Assembly: GCF_036321535.1 (NCBI RefSeq)
Contig: NC_087437.1
Location: forward strand, 115,756,001 to 115,820,000
Length of the DNA: 64,000 bases
Source of the DNA: Camelus dromedarius
Lineage: Eukaryota
Reading direction: 5' to 3'
Part shown: one piece after another, positions 1 to 13,409 of the stretch
How the letters are laid out: each line of letters starts with the position of its first letter
Numbering within the stretch: the first letter of the stretch is position 1
The notes under the pieces: model-generated
What the model was told of the DNA's origin: nothing
What the model saw: only the letters and a program-made list of their open reading frames with translations
Database searches by the model: none
Program-made: the position numbers and the translations under genes

Positions 1-53
1 GACCAGCTTTCTGTTGTTTAAGCCGCCCAGTGTGCGAGGCTCTGTAACGGCAG
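1..53 (+). mobile_element. 3' end of a MaLR (MLT1-type) LTR
   Basis: TTCTGTTGTTTAAGCCGCCCAGTGTG...GTAACGGCAG resembles the MLT1 3' terminus. Confidence 0.55.
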
Positions 54-646
54 GATATGCGTCCACCTGGGACGGTGGGACTTCAGTCAGTATTTGATAG
101 GCTGTCCTCTTTCACAGTTTCTCCCCTAGTCCGCCCCCAGTTCTGGTGTCATTCTAATTTGGTCCTCTGAGCAGAAGTATTCCTTTAACGACCTTGCCCT
201 TCTTACCCTCCTAGGTAATATTTCTCATTTTTAACAGGCTACCTCGGGTAAGAGTATATAACCCGCTTTAGAGACCAAAGTACTTTCCACAGAAAGTTAG
301 GGACGCGTAGCCTCGGTGAGAACAACTCCTGGAGAACGCAGGTAAGATGGCCCCATGCCAGGGAGGACGGTCCTCAAAGTGTGAAGTCGACCCACTCCAG
401 CACAGACCCTACCGCGGTGGCTCTCAGAGCTCACGGGAGCGGCGGGAGAGGGCCTTAGCCCTTCTCCACTGAACCTGAACCTGGGAGGTGTGGGAGCGGC
501 TGGCCCGCGGAGGCAACACCCAGGAAGTGCAGCTGAGAGACGGAGGCAGGCAAGGTCCCCCCACGACATCGTGTGAGCTCTTGGGTCCAACTGTATCTTA
601 GCTTGTCCCGCCTGGGCTTGTGACACTTGTCTTTGTGCTCCAGCTC

Positions 647-800
647 GTGTGTGTGTGTGTGTATGCGTGTGTGAGAGAGAGAGAGGGATTGAGTGTGTGA
701 GTGTGCATGTGACAATGTGTGTGGGAGACAGTGTGTGCGTGAGTGTGAGGGAAGTATGTCTGAGCGTGGATGAGCGTGTGGGTGTGCGTTACGCGTGTTA
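647..800. repeat. Compound degenerate (GT)n/(GA)n microsatellite
   Basis: Direct reading; it explains the His/Thr-rich spurious ORFs 455..985 and 598..948. Confidence 0.9.
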
Positions 801-1249
801 CTGACAGTGAGGAGGCTAACTGACACCCAGGGCTTGGAGGTGAGCCCCTGAGCTCCCAGACCAACAGCCTCCACAGCGGTAGCCAGGTTACTCTCTGAAG
901 TAGTTCCGCTTTCCAAGATGACACCTCTGAACGTGACGTGCAAATCAAAGCTGCTGTTATTTACAAAGGAGTGGAATGAACTCACTGGATGTTCTTTACA
1001 AGAATTTCAACAGACTCTTTATTCCAAGGAAGAATTAATTCTGGATTTCATGTACATCTCTATGCAGGCCGTGCAGTGTAGACGATGTGTGGTGTGTGAG
1101 AGAGAGGATGGACATGGTGGGGGAGGATGAACAAGAGGAATGACGGGAAAATTCTTTGCAAAGTTAAAACTCTCATTTTATGAAGTGATAGGAAGTGATC
1201 TCCCTTTACTGTTCAGTTGATTCTTGGCCTTAATGCAAGGCCTTCCCTT

Positions 1250-1769
1250 TGTAATAGGGAGGAACAAGCCTGACTCCATATGAGGTCTGTTCCCTTGGCT
1301 CCAACCCGGGGCTCGGTCTCCTGTGCTGAGTCCTGCTGGTTCTGCACCTTTTGTAACAGAACGTGGCCTAGAGCCTGAAATCTGCAGGAGTGCCCGTCCT
1401 CAAGGCTCTGGCCCTTAAGGGTAGAACACTTTCCCATTAGTGTAGAGATAAGAAGTTGCAGAACAGAGAATAGCATTTGTCTTGTTGGGGGTTTACAGGG
1501 ACACTGTGACCTGACCTACATGGACAGCTGCAAGAACTAAGGATTCTGACACCAAGAAGTTTGCAACAACCAACCACAGCCCGTCCCCTTTCTAGTGTAA
1601 AAGGAGCCTGAATTCTGACTTAAGAGAGATGATTCTTCAGGACTTTAGTCTGCCATCCTCTCGATCTGCTGGCTTGTGGAATAAAGTCGTTATTCCTTGC
1701 CCCAACACCTCGTCTCCTGACTTACTGGCCTGTTGTGGGCTGAGCAGGACCAGTTTGGACGCAGTAACA
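1250..1769 (+). mobile_element. ERV1-class solo LTR (MER41-like ends)
   Basis: TG(1250)...CA(1769) termini; perfect 4-bp TSD CCTT (1246-1249 / 1770-1773); TATA-like TGTAAAA at ~1596; AATAAA at 1680-1685. Confidence 0.88.
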
Positions 1770-4700
1770 CCTTGATTCTTCCTGATGACCAGGGCATTCC
1801 TGGTGGCAGTGACTCACATGTGAGGGACAGCATTTCTTCCTCTGAGACCGTGACCTAGAGCCCAGCCTTGAGATGGAAGAGAAAGGAGACAGAGGCGGGT
1901 AGGAGGCCAGGCCAACAGGTGCGATGCTGGGGCCAGTTCTGAAGAACATTGTCCCTCCACTGGGGGGAGCTACTGTCCCTGCCGTCTCCTCTCCTGTTTC
2001 TGGAGTTGGCTGCTGACATGTGCAGCCCAGCCCCAGGGGGAGAGCGGGAATGCATGGACTCGGTATCGCACGACCACCCTTGTCTCTCGATTTCTCTCCG
2101 AGTCCCATGACACATGGGACCCTGTGGGCTTAGAGACAGAGCCGGTGGTGCTGGCCATCACCCTGGCCCAGCCTGCGGGGACTGGGCAGGCACAGGGCGT
2201 GCACATCACATCAGCCGCGCAGGAGCTCGCATCTGGGTGCAGGGCGATGTGGCTGTGCCCCACAAAAGGCGCACTCCTGCCCTGGAGACTGGCGTCCGCT
2301 GCCCACCACCCCCTCCTCCTGGCCCAGTGCTGCAGGCAGGTGTTTACTCCCGGAGGCCAGCGCCTTCATCAGACCGCTCAGGTCTGCTTCTGTGTTGCAT
2401 CCAGTCTTGAATACCTCCTCCCTGGAAGATGCATGCCAGGTTTGAGCTCGCTGGCTTTAGACCCCTGATGATTGCTCAGGGCCCCGCCTCAATGTCCCCA
2501 CTGTCTCCCCTCTCTCTGCTGGGTCCTACCGAGGGTGCAGCTGCAGACCCAGGTTGGTTTGTGGTGTGAAAGATGCTCGGTGGCCCTCTTTCTGGGCTGA
2601 CCTCTGGCCCCTGGTGCTTCCACTTCTGAAATGGGCAGTTCAGTGCCACCTCCATCTTCCCGTCCAGGCTGCCCAGAGCTGCAGGGAGGGATCCAGGAGC
2701 AGCTCTCGGAAGCTGGGAGCGGGCCTCGGATCCAAGAGCAATTTTCATCTTTGTCACTCTCCAGCCTGCCTGCCTGGACCTTGCCCTGGAGAGCAGACCC
2801 TCGGCCTGGTTTCTGGCTGGGGTGCTATCCTGCTGGGGTGAGGACAGAGGTGCTCCCACACCGCTTGGCCCCCAGGCCCTTCCTGTTGGGGAAGGTGCTG
2901 GAAGACCCTGGAAAGAATGAGGGGTGTTCGCTCCTCCTTCAGCCCTGGGGAGTGTCTTGGCGCTCGTGTTCTGGCCCCGGAGAGAAGGTCCAGGGCACAG
3001 GGAGGATGGCCCTGCTCTGCTCCACCTGAAGGTCCAGGGGATGGAGAGAGGCTGCTTCTGAGGTTGAGGAGGTGGATGGGGTGCCCCTGTGCTGGTGGCT
3101 GTGCTGGCCTTCCTCCCCGAGATGAGGAGTCCTAGGGCTCCACGCACCCCCATCTCCCACCAACCCCCAGGCATCTGGGACTTGGGAATGCCCTCCCCAA
3201 ATGACCCTGATCTGGCTTCCAAGGCCTGCGCTGGCTAGAGTCGCAGAGTTGACTATGTGGGGCCCCTGGGCTTGGACACACCTGATGGGTGAACTTGCAC
3301 GGCCCCCCTGGCTGAGTTGAGAGATGGAGACAGGAGAGAAGAGGTGTGTTTCCTGGGGGCTCCACTTGTGTTCCTGCTCTGGCTCCATAAACTTTAGAGA
3401 GGGGCCTGGGATGAGGCCCAGCCACTGGGATGCCAGGGAGGCACTTCTGACACGGGGGTGGGTGGTTCTGAGATGGTTGAAGATCTGCCCCAGCACCCCC
3501 AGGAAGAGCCCCAGTTCTCCATCAGCAGCAGGAGAACCTGCCTGAGCTCGATGGGGAACACAGGACTCTCTTCTGTCTTCCTCCTCTTCTCCTTCCTTTC
3601 AGGGGACGCTGTTTGCTGGGCAAGGGTCCAGCAGGATGACCATAATGAACCAGAGGGTCTCCCCTAACTTTCTGGACCTGGTGAAAATCAGACTCCTGTA
3701 GTTTTGCCGTCTCATTTCTGGTGGAAAGATAGTTAAACGAGGTCATCATGAAAAGACAGTTAAATAGAGTGATGATTTCTCAAAACTGACCCACCTGATT
3801 TGAAGGAGTCCCTGCAACGTGAAGTGCCTTTGCTGGGGAAACAGCAAGCTTCAGACCTATGTTTTATGACCACATCTCTCCCAAGATTGCCTTGCAAGCG
3901 GGTGAAGTGGTGAGTGGGGATTCGAACTCAGATCTGTTGGCCACCCAAGTTCATCACACCAGGCCGGACTGGACTTGAGCTCTGAGACTCATTTGTCTCT
4001 CTCGAGTGTTCTCTCTTAATATTTACGGTAAATATTTCTGTTCTGTAATTATTTACAGATTACTTTATTGCACGTGGCACAGAATTGCTCTGAACATGGT
4101 GGGGGCAGGGGACGTGGCTGTCTGCAGTAAGGGCCCAATTAACTGATTTCATACCAGCCATGGTGTAACAGGGACGTTCATTTTAGAGATTAAGTGGAAA
4201 ATAAAGCGAGATCAGAGCATCGCAAGCACATGGCAGGAACACACAGTGAATTAAAGGGAGAGACAGAAGCGTTTGGACCCTGAAGACAAGCATGACATTG
4301 TAATTTAGTTTGGATGAGAAAACCAAGATCTCTTGGAAATGCCTTCGCACGTGCACGAGTGTCTCTATCATGTTTCTGCCGCATAAAACTGGTCCTAAAA
4401 TCCCTGCAGTGCAGAAAGTTTGAGAAGAGCTTTTCAGTCGCTAGAGTGCTGCCTCAGGCCGGCGGAAGTGATGCTTGTGTGCAACTTTCTGATGGTTTAA
4501 GAAGCCCTGCAGAAAGGGCTTGTCTACAGAAGGAGTGGAAAGAGAAGATGTACCCCAATACTGCGCTCATTCCCAGGGGCACCCCAGACAATGCGAACAC
4601 CAGAAGCAGGACTGGTGGGAGGGGAAGAGAAGCTGAGGCCAAGAGAATTCTCTGCGGCACAGAATCCTGCCTCATCAGGGATGGAGGGCTCAGAGGCCAT

Positions 4701-6639
4701 TCCTGTGCCTCCTGCTACAGGTGGGGAAACAGAGGCAGTGACAGCCTGCCCCGGGCCATCCAGCCAGCTAATGGCAGAGCCTGGGGGCTTGTTCAGACCC
4801 TCCAACTCCCAGGCCAATCTCCTCTCCATTCTGCCTCCCCCAAAACATTAAGTATCTGTCTGGAAACGTTGGCTCCCGCACTTCAAAACATAAAACTCCT
4901 TGTTCTTGCTCCTTGAGTGAGTAATTTGTTTTCCGTGTTTACATTAGCTGGAGAGACTGAGCTGGGAATACTCTTAACTCTTTTCTCAAACGAGATGCAT
5001 TTTAATCAAGTTTCCTGGCCTCCAGTGCTTCTCCGCTTTGTAAGGGCTTGTCGGTTAGAACTTAGTTCTCAGAGGCTTTTGGAACTGCGGGTGGAGCTCA
5101 GAGGATGAGTTACAGGCAGTCCCTGGGTTTTGTTTTTTTCCAGACACTCCTGGAAGCTGCAGCATGGTTGAATCAGATCACACTGTTCCACAAGAGAAAT
5201 GTGTTAACTGGGAAGCTGCATTCCTGACCGTGAACTAGACACCAGATGAGTCGTAGAAGTGAACCCAAAAGGTGTGAGTAACCCTCGAGGAGTGAGCCCC
5301 AGCTTTCGGGTTGCCCTTACTGGAAGCGAAGCCCTTGTTCTAAGTGGGGGTGGGGGGAAGTGTCCACCCCCTCACATATGGGGCAGATCTTTTGTGACCC
5401 CCAATGCCTAGAGATGCTATAAGTACCCAGGTAGGTCTGAGATGTAGCTGAGACGATGAGGATGGAAAAGGGAAGCATGAGAAAGAGAAAGAGGCAGGAA
5501 CAAAAGAGGGAAAGCGCAGAGGCTGGATGGGAGGAGCAGACCATCCGAGGGCAGGGAACCCTGGGCTAACCACCCCCCAGGACCCCCAGGGTGGGCGCCA
5601 GCTCCAGCCTCAGCTTCCGCACTGCCATGGGGCTCAGAGGAGCCAGTGGTCTCCAGCCTCAACTAAGTGCCTGGACCACGATCACCCTCGACCGCCGGGG
5701 ACTATCAGGGACAGGCTGACTGACACTTGCCCAAGTTTTCGACTTCAGGATTCAATCTTGTACATTTCTGGCTTCTCCCCGCCTTCCCTACAGGTGAGGA
5801 CTCAAAACCTTTTGTAAAATTACACAAGCATTTTCGTTTCTGATGCTATGGCAGCACAGACAACCAGAAAACTGTTCCCCTCTGAAACACTTAAAACGCC
5901 TGGTACCTGATAAAAATGTCAGTGCCAGTACAGGATGAAGCTGGAAGGAAAGGGAAGCCCTGGAGGCAGGAAGAGGAAGCGGGGAGGGAAGTGAGATGGC
6001 CGCGGGGACGCTGTGGTGAGGCCGCTCCGCACAGCGTCACCTGCAGAGCCTCGCCGTCCAGGTAGCATTTCCCGGACGCATCTGCCTGACACACACCTGC
6101 AGTCTCTTCATTGGTCTCATTGCCCTTGACCGAGAATGGCCACATTTCACCAGCATCAATGCCCCAGAGTGCGAGGATCTCCCGAGGCCCGAGACAAAGG
6201 GGCGATAAGAAACCTCCCAACTGTGGACACGCTTGTAATTGGGTGCTGCTCTGGGTCTTCGGCGCACCGCCCTGGTGGGGAGTGCTCGGGGCAGGTGTTC
6301 TGGGCCAGGTGGGAGGTTCTGAATCCAGACGTGTTGCAGGGTGGGCTGGCACACGGGTACCAACTTCCCTTTAGCCATCCTGCCCCTTCCACCCCTTACT
6401 ATGTCCACAGCGTGTACTGTTCCCATGAGGACAAAACATAGACTCTTAGATGGTGGTGCCTCATGTCACCTAAGCAGCAAACACACACGCACAGGACTCC
6501 ACGTCTCGTCTGCTTCCCTGTGGTAGAAATACCCGGGCTTGGGAGAAGCCCCACGGGGTGGACCCACGGGCCTCTGAGCATCCCCTCTGCGTGTTCACCA
6601 CCTTCAACACAGACAGATCTCTTTGAGAGAAGGTACCAT

Positions 6640-7933
6640 ACATCAGAGGTAAGACAGTGTTGTAGAGTTTCTTTGACACCATTCAGACTTATATGGGAAC
6701 CATTTGCATTAAATATTGCCAAAATTTTAATTACTGAGTATCCTATTCAACTTTTCCTTTGAAAAGATCTATTGAAATGAATATTTTGATTTTTCTAAAA
6801 TTTTTGGAAAATGGGCTGCAAGAGAGCCCTATCTACAAGGGTAACTGGTATAATTAATTTTGATTACTTTGATTATTAACTTGATACTAGTTAATAGTGT
6901 TAGCTACTAATACTGTTGGCAACAGCCTTGATAAAGCCCCCCCACCTTTGTATAATTCTTTGAAACTGAGAATGAGATTGACTAGAATGACTAGTAATGG
7001 ATCCTTTTGTAAGTAGCTAGTTTCTAAGGAATTGCTTTTGACAAAACTGAAGCAGGGCCTAATTCATGTATCAGCTTGTGGATCATTTAACATAATTTTT
7101 GATGATTAATCAATACATGATTTTTAAAACAAATGACTGCAAAGAAGTTCGAAGAACCGAGTGACAAGCTATATTGATGCCCATTCTACCCCTATTTATG
7201 TATTTATAGGAATAATGCTTATCAGTACTCGTAGCCAAACTGACACTAAATTGGGATGGAAGTAAAGCCCATCCCTGTCTCAGATTACCAATAAGTAATA
7301 GTAATCTACAGCTACACATAAAAATAAAAACCCCACCCGTGTCCTTAGGAGATGTATATTTAAAAAAATTTTGCTTTTGTACTTAATAATTATTCACCCC
7401 AAATTAACGTACCTATATTTTGATCATTTGTGTTCTTCTTATGTTGTAATGATATCTGTCTAGAAGAAAACAATTTAATCCTTGAAATCTTATGATGAGA
7501 AGAGTTTTTTCAAATTTAAATTTATATACATGTTCTTGTTGTAAAGAAGTCTAATACTGTGATCAAGAGATTTTGAAGCACAAAAAGTGTAATGCACTAG
7601 AATGAAATTCTGTAGGGGAGGTGAAATGAAAATATGAGTCCGAGAAAAAAGAAAAAGACACTAAAATTTCAGACGTTTGAAGAAAAGCTTGCTTTTTGTT
7701 TTTAAAATGGATGATAGCTATTGAATTGTTATATATTTACATCTCATGAAATATATTTAAGTGAATTATGTAGTCATTATATAATGTCAGTACTTATAAT
7801 ATGCCCCAAATCTTTTGCAATAATTTCAACTTATGATAAATATTTTAGATGTCAAATTAAAACTATGTGAGAGGCTGAATGGTCTGCCCAGATTTTTGAG
7901 GAGTATGTGAACAGGAAAGTTGTGTAACCACTG
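6640..7933 (+). mobile_element. hAT-Charlie DNA transposon fossil (3' part of transposase plus 3' terminus)
   Basis: 7168-~7345 translates to AILMPILPLFMYL*E*CLSVLVAKLT...PCLRLPISN, matching the hAT C-terminal dimerisation motif (YLCE.GFS.L...K.K.R..L...LRL..S). Ends in a Charlie-like terminus ...GAAAGTTGTGTAACCACTG. Left boundary approximate. Confidence 0.65.
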
Positions 7934-7964
7934 CACCACCAGACCTTTGATCTAGGGCACTCAA

Positions 7965-9330
7965 CTAATTTCCTGGTAAAAAGACAAAGATGATCCTACT
8001 GAATTTTTAAAGAATTCAACTGCATCCTGTTTATAAGAGGCATTCCTGGAACAGAAGAACACAGAAAGCTTGAAGGAAAATAATAGAATGGGGTATATCA
8101 GGCAAATAGTAACCAAAAGAACACTTCTGTAGCCATATGGGTTTGTGACAAAATGGATTAAGGCAAAAATTACTGCAAGAGATGAAAGGATCACTCCATG
8201 ATGCTAAGAGTTTCTATTCATGAGAAGATATAAATATGCTAAATTTATGTACATCTAATTATATATTTCAAAATAGAACAAGAAGAAATGGACACGTTCA
8301 CTATTGTAATGAAGTCTCTATCAGTACTTGATTAAACAGACAAGAAATCAGTGAGAACACATATATCTACACAAAGAACACAATTAACAAGCTTAATACC
8401 ACAAACACATGTCAAACGCTGCATCCAATGGCTGGGACTGCATTCTTTGAAGCACACCCAGAGTACGTGTTAAATTGACCATGTACAAAGTCAGAAAACA
8501 AGACTTGATAAGTTCCAAAGAAGCTATCATTCAGCTCATTCTCCAACCATAATGAAATTGAATTAGAAGTCAATAACCAAGGAAGATGAGTGAGATGCCA
8601 TGCTTTTGGGAATAGTCACGTCCAAATAATTTGTCAGTGAATGAGCCGAGATCATAGACTTTAGATAACTCTTGGAATTGAACAATAAAGAGAAAACTAC
8701 ATATCAAAACTTGTGGGATGAAACTAGAGAATTAGAAAATTAACCCTAAGTCATATTAGAATAAGAAAAAGAAGGCAGAAAATGAATGAATGAAACATCC
8801 ATTTTAAAGGGGAAAAGTAGCAGAAGTAATACAAAGAAAAAGAGGTAAAGCGACAACCAAGTGAAGAGCAGAAAGTAATGAAAGAGAAAACAATAATGTA
8901 ATCGATTTACATTAATAATTAATAATAATGTAATGTAGGTGACTCTTCGGAGGCTAATGAAAGTGACCAACCCCTAATGAGATGAACACAGTTGGAAAGA
9001 AAGATAATTTAAATAGACAGTATTAGGAATTTAAAAGTGTACATAACTAAAGATGCATTGAGATATCAAAATGTAACAAGAAATATGAATTTATACCAGT
9101 AAACTTGAAAATTTAGATGGAATAGACAAATTTCTAAAAAATACATAACTTCTCAAAACTGACTTAACTAGAAATAGAAAAACCTGAATAGTCCTATAAC
9201 TATTAAACTGAATTGGTAGTGGAAAGACTTCATGAAAAGGAAACACCAGGAGGAAAAATCCAAGTGGGTCTACTGTGGGCTCTTTTAAACTTTTAAGGGA
9301 TAGATAACTCTAATGGTACAGAGACTGGAA
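7965..9330 (+). mobile_element. Ancient L1M ORF2 fragment (endonuclease/linker region), highly degraded
   Basis: A-rich sequence with recognisable L1 ORF2 remnants (CATATCAAAACTTGTGGGATG; TTGAAAATTTAGATGGAATAGACAAATTTCTA). Confidence 0.75.
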
Positions 9331-9354
9331 AAAGAAGACTCTTTTTAAGGCTTG

Positions 9355-9480
9355 GTTTGGTCATCTGCTGAATGGGATACAATAATATAAACCTCACGGG
9401 GTCCTTGTGAGGATTAGAGGAGTGGTGATTGGAAGTCACTTGGGGGAGTAAGCATTGAATAAATGTAACTACTATTATTG
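9355..9480 (+). mobile_element. MIR SINE fragment
   Basis: TCATCTG..AATGGGATA..AATAATA..ACCTCAC.GGGT..TTGTGAGGATTA core. Confidence 0.6.
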
Positions 9481-10224
9481 TTACGGATTGTGGAACATAA
9501 AACAGTGTTAGTTGGGGAGGTTGTTCCCGAGAGAGCCTCACTGATGAGGCTGTCCATGGTGGGGAAAGTGGAGCATCACGGGTCACTTCTCCAGGGAGGA
9601 GGTAATCATGACTCACTCTGGTTTTCCAATAAACCTTTAGCAACTGGCAAGATGCAGACAAAGCTCGTGGGATTCAGAAGTACTTCTGAATTGTAAAGGG
9701 AAACCGTGAGACCAGGCGGGAAGGCAATTTTTAATTATTCCACCTAATTTCAAGGTGGGAGTTGCCACTTCGGTGTTAGTAAGAGTCAGAGCTGGGATTC
9801 ACACAGCTCTGTCTAGGAGGACGAACCCCTCCTGCCTTTCTCAGCGGTTCGAGGCAGAACAGAACTAAAATAGGGTTTTAGGTGGATCCAAGCATCTGCT
9901 GGGTGAAATCAGCCACCCATCCAACAAGCATCACGGGCGATTTTCTTCCTCAAAGTCTACTGCCTTTTAGCAATTTAAAGTGTATCTAAGAAACAAAACA
10001 TCCTGACGGAGTTGGACAGCAGCTGAGAGCGACGTGTGAATTCGTGCTAAAGGTGTGGTGGTTTAGTTATTTGGAGGATGGAAGTGTCAGACGTGGTTTG
10101 GGAAGGCTTCCTGGAGGACGTATGCGTTGAGTTTAGAGAATAGACGGGAGGCACGTGGAAGGAGGAGACAGAAGCGAGCGCAGTGCTGTGACGCCGGGGC
10201 CTCGGCTGGTGGCTTTTCTGTGTG

Positions 10225-10372
10225 ACCTTATTTTACACCCCAAAGGCGCCCTGAGAACCTGAGAGCAAGGTATTACTAATTCTCATTTCGTAGGTGGGAA
10301 GACTGAGGCAGGCACTGGTTAAGTGATTTTCTGTAAACCACACAATTAGGAGTAGAGGGATTCCAGCCCGGG
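10225..10372 (-). mobile_element. MIR SINE fragment
   Basis: CTCATTTCGTAGGTGGGAAGACTGAGGC...GGTTAAGTGATTT matches the reverse MIR core. Confidence 0.6.
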
Positions 10373-10569
10373 TTGGGGCTCAGAGGAGAGGGGAGAAGAT
10401 GGGGTACAAAGGGTAGATTGGGGAATGGGGGAGGTCAGCCTCTGTGGGTCCAAGAGCCCCTAGTCTTGGTTTCTTTCCTGTTGAGTAGTGCTAAGCCCCA
10501 CCCTGGATACTTTGACCCTAGGCTGAGCTGGACTCTCATGATCTGGGCGGGATGGCATGACCCGGGGGC

Positions 10570-10790
10570 TGGTGTGTGATGAGGGATGGAGCTGCTAAGA
10601 AGGCTGCTGGGACATCCAACTCCCAGGCAGGTCCCTCTACCTGTCTGAGATGCACTTCCCTCATCTGTAAAATGAGAATACAATGCTAGTACCTCTTTCA
10701 TTTTATTTCCCTTAAAAATCAAATGAGAACAGAGGCAAAGCACCCAGACCAGAGCTGAGTGTGTAACGAGTGCCAGTAAGTGTTAGTTCC
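10570..10790 (+). mobile_element. MIR SINE fragment
   Basis: CCTCATCTGTAAAATGAGAATACAAT core. Confidence 0.6.
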
Positions 10791-10819
10791 TTCTGGGTCA
10801 CCCCTCGTATCTCTACGTC

Positions 10820-11020
10820 AGGTTCTGCAGCAGCACACCGAGGGCATTTGGGGCTGGATAATTCTTGGTTGTGGGGGGTGCTTGGCAGATTCTGGGAGTT
10901 TCTCAAAAGAACTGCCACCTGGGCTCCACCTTGAGATTCTGATGTCATTGCCTGTGGGCAGTGTTTGCTCAAAGCTCAGCAGATGGTTCTGATGCAGCCA
11001 TGGCTGAGAACCACTGAGGA
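10820..11020. mobile_element. hAT MITE (MER3/MER20-like)
   Basis: GGCATTTGGGGCTGGATAATTCTTGGTTGTGGGGG...GGCTGAGAACCACTG. Confidence 0.5.
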
Positions 11021-11334
11021 CAGGCTCCCAGTGGATGGGTGCCCATGCTCTTGGTGGCCTGACCCTGGCTGCAGGAAGGCTGGCAGCTCCGCGCACACTG
11101 AAAACATGGTGAGCACCTACTATTGTAAGATGCTCCTGAGGTCAGGAGAAGCTGTTGAGATGGCTGCTTCTTCTTCCTTCTCCAACCCGGCTTCTCTCCA
11201 GCTCATCCATCCTCCCTCCTGGAGCTACAGTCTTCCTTTTTCAGGCACAGGATCATCTCTAAGCCTCAGAAATGAGGGCATATCCCAGAACAGTGCTTTT
11301 CCTGGTCCAGTGGCCGGGCTCACTTGTTTCTATG

Positions 11335-11600
11335 ATGGATTCAACTCACTCATCACACACCAGTTAAGGACTGGATGCTGTGCTGGGCACCAGGATGCAA
11401 GGATGGGTCAGACACAAGGATGCAGACACTGACATATGTGGTAACCAGATAGATGGGTGCATTCATTTTAGAGGTGTGTTCAGGGCTAGAGGTGGGCAGA
11501 GAGAAGGGAGGGGTCTGCTGGGTGAGAGGGTTGCAAGGAAGTCTTCAAAAAAGATGGATTGGGCTTTGAAGGATGAGTAGGAGTTTTCCAGGTGGATCAT
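11335..11600 (-). mobile_element. L2 LINE 3' fragment
   Basis: ATTCAACTCACTCATC...TGCTGTGCTGGGCAC...GGCTTTGAAGGATGAGTAGGAGTTTTCCAG. Confidence 0.55.
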
Positions 11601-11879
11601 TGGAGGCAAGAAGGGGAAGAGCCTCTTGCTGGGACCTATCCCGGCTACACACTGGAGACACTTGGAGGAGCCTCGGAAGAGCAGATGGCTGAAGAGCAGG
11701 GTTTACCTGTCCGCTTTCATGGTGAGACTTTTAGCTCTGGGGTTTCTCTTTAGTGATTACAGTGTATTCCACCCACGTGAAGTCTGCCTCCATCCAGGGG
11801 CCATGGAGACAGTGAAAACAGGCTGCTCTGGGGTGTGGGGCAGGGAAGAACCCACTAGCCCCTGCACATGCCCAGGCGC

Positions 11880-12675
11880 AGACATGGAGCTCACGGGCGG
11901 CTCTCCCACCTCCAACCTAAACTGCCCCAACATCGCTTCTTGCCTGAATGGCTGCCGCAGGCCTCTCCCCCTCTGCCTGCCGCTAGCCACGCCCAGGGCG
12001 ACCAGCTCCTCCAGCCTTGCTGTCACTCTCAGATTTAGCACTGACTGTCCTACCACCTCCTGGGAGACCCCTCCGCCCAGGCAAACCTGGACCTAGGTCA
12101 TCTCAGCTCACACAGTAGCCACATGACCCTTTAAGAACGCATGTAACATCTCGCCACCCCTTGCTCAACGCCATCCACAGCTCCCCTCTCAGAGCAGAGG
12201 CCCGCGGTCCTTCACAGTGGCCCACGACGGCTCCTGGGTCAGGTGCCAGGGGTATCGCGCTCCCCAGCTCGGCCCACGCCCCTCCTCACCAGCCACACCA
12301 GCCTCCTCGCTTTCTCTAAGCTGCCTTTCACCGCGAGGCCTTTGCACTCAGGCTCTCTCTGCCTGGAACACTCTCCCTCTTCGATCTCGTGGCTCACACT
12401 CTCCCTGTCCCGGGAGGTTCTAACATTACCTTCTCAGAGAGACCTTCCCTGGCTCCCCTGCCTAACACACACCCCCTACTCCAGAGCCCCGTTTCCTTTT
12501 CCTTTGTGCACGTCCCTCCTCCCCACCCCCCGACCCGCGTAGTTTCTCACTGAGCTTCTCTCTCCTGCTCACTCGCACACAAACACGTGAAAGCGGGGCC
12601 TGGTTCACGCACTGCTGCGTGCCTCCGACCGAGAACACTGCCTAGTATGTGCTCAACTAATGACGAATGAATGGG
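11880..12675 (+). mobile_element. L2 LINE 3' portion
   Basis: GGCCTTTGCACTC..CTCTCTGCCTGGAACACTCTCCC...AGAGACCTTCCCTG...TGCTCAACTAATGACGAATGAATG tail. Confidence 0.7.
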
Positions 12676-13069
12676 TGCATACAATCTGGACAACTTGCTC
12701 AGTTAAGGGCTAAGGAGAGGCAAGGGCAGCTCTCCCCCAGGCAGCCTCGCGCCGGTCTCCCGGGTGGCCTCAGGCGGCCCTGTCCGGAGCTCCCAGGTGC
12801 CTGGGGCTTAACTCAGTGGACACCCTTCACATCGTGTTGTAAGTGCCTGGCTTGGACTGAGCCCAGGAGACCTGAGCAGCTTTGTTCGCTGTCACATTAC
12901 TGCGCTTGGCTTAGGGTTAGTGCAAACGCCGCAGCTCTTTCCTTCCATCGTCTGCAGTCCCAGGGCTGACGGCTCTACCTTTGCCTGGGAGATACGAACA
13001 CGCACAGATTAAACCTGACAAGGGAGGGGGTAGAGTCGAGGGATGTTTTTCAGGGAGGGAATGCACTGG

Positions 13070-13262
13070 TTTTATTTATTTATCTATTCTTTTAATTCTA
13101 ACTTATTTTTTAAATTGAAGTATAGTCAGTTTACAACGTTAAGTCAATTTCTGGTGTACGGCGTAACGTTTCAGTCACACATATACACGCATGCGTATAT
13201 TCCTTTCCATATTCTTTTTCATTAACGGTTACTACAAGATATTGAATATAGTTCCCTGTGTG
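13070..13262 (-). mobile_element. 5'-truncated young L1 3' end (camelid-like)
   Basis: T-rich tail followed by TTGAAGTATAGTCAGTTTACAA...AATTTCTGGTGTAC...TACAAGATATTGAATATAGTTCCCTGTG. Confidence 0.8.
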
Positions 13263-13390
13263 ATTAAAGTGTGCATAGTTCTTATCTGTGTCTGACAGCA
13301 GTGTCTCTCTCTGTGTTTTGCATTAGTTCTTAAAAACTGTCCGCCAGGCACCCGGCGTGCGCGGCCTCCCAGGCCTGCTGTGTGGGCGCT

Positions 13391-13409
13391 GCAGCACTAG
13401 GTGGCGCTC
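13391..13409 (+). promoter_or_regulatory. Candidate CTCF site
   Basis: GCAGCACTAGGTGGCGCTC versus consensus CCASYAGRKGGCRC (one core mismatch), in a CpG-rich patch. Confidence 0.5.

Noticed and set aside
297..6762. Many 70-250 aa ORFs (e.g. 2476..3222, 4314..4916)
   Set aside because: Pro/Gly/Ser-rich, overlapping in several frames, no domains. This is what GC-rich intron and microsatellite sequence produces.
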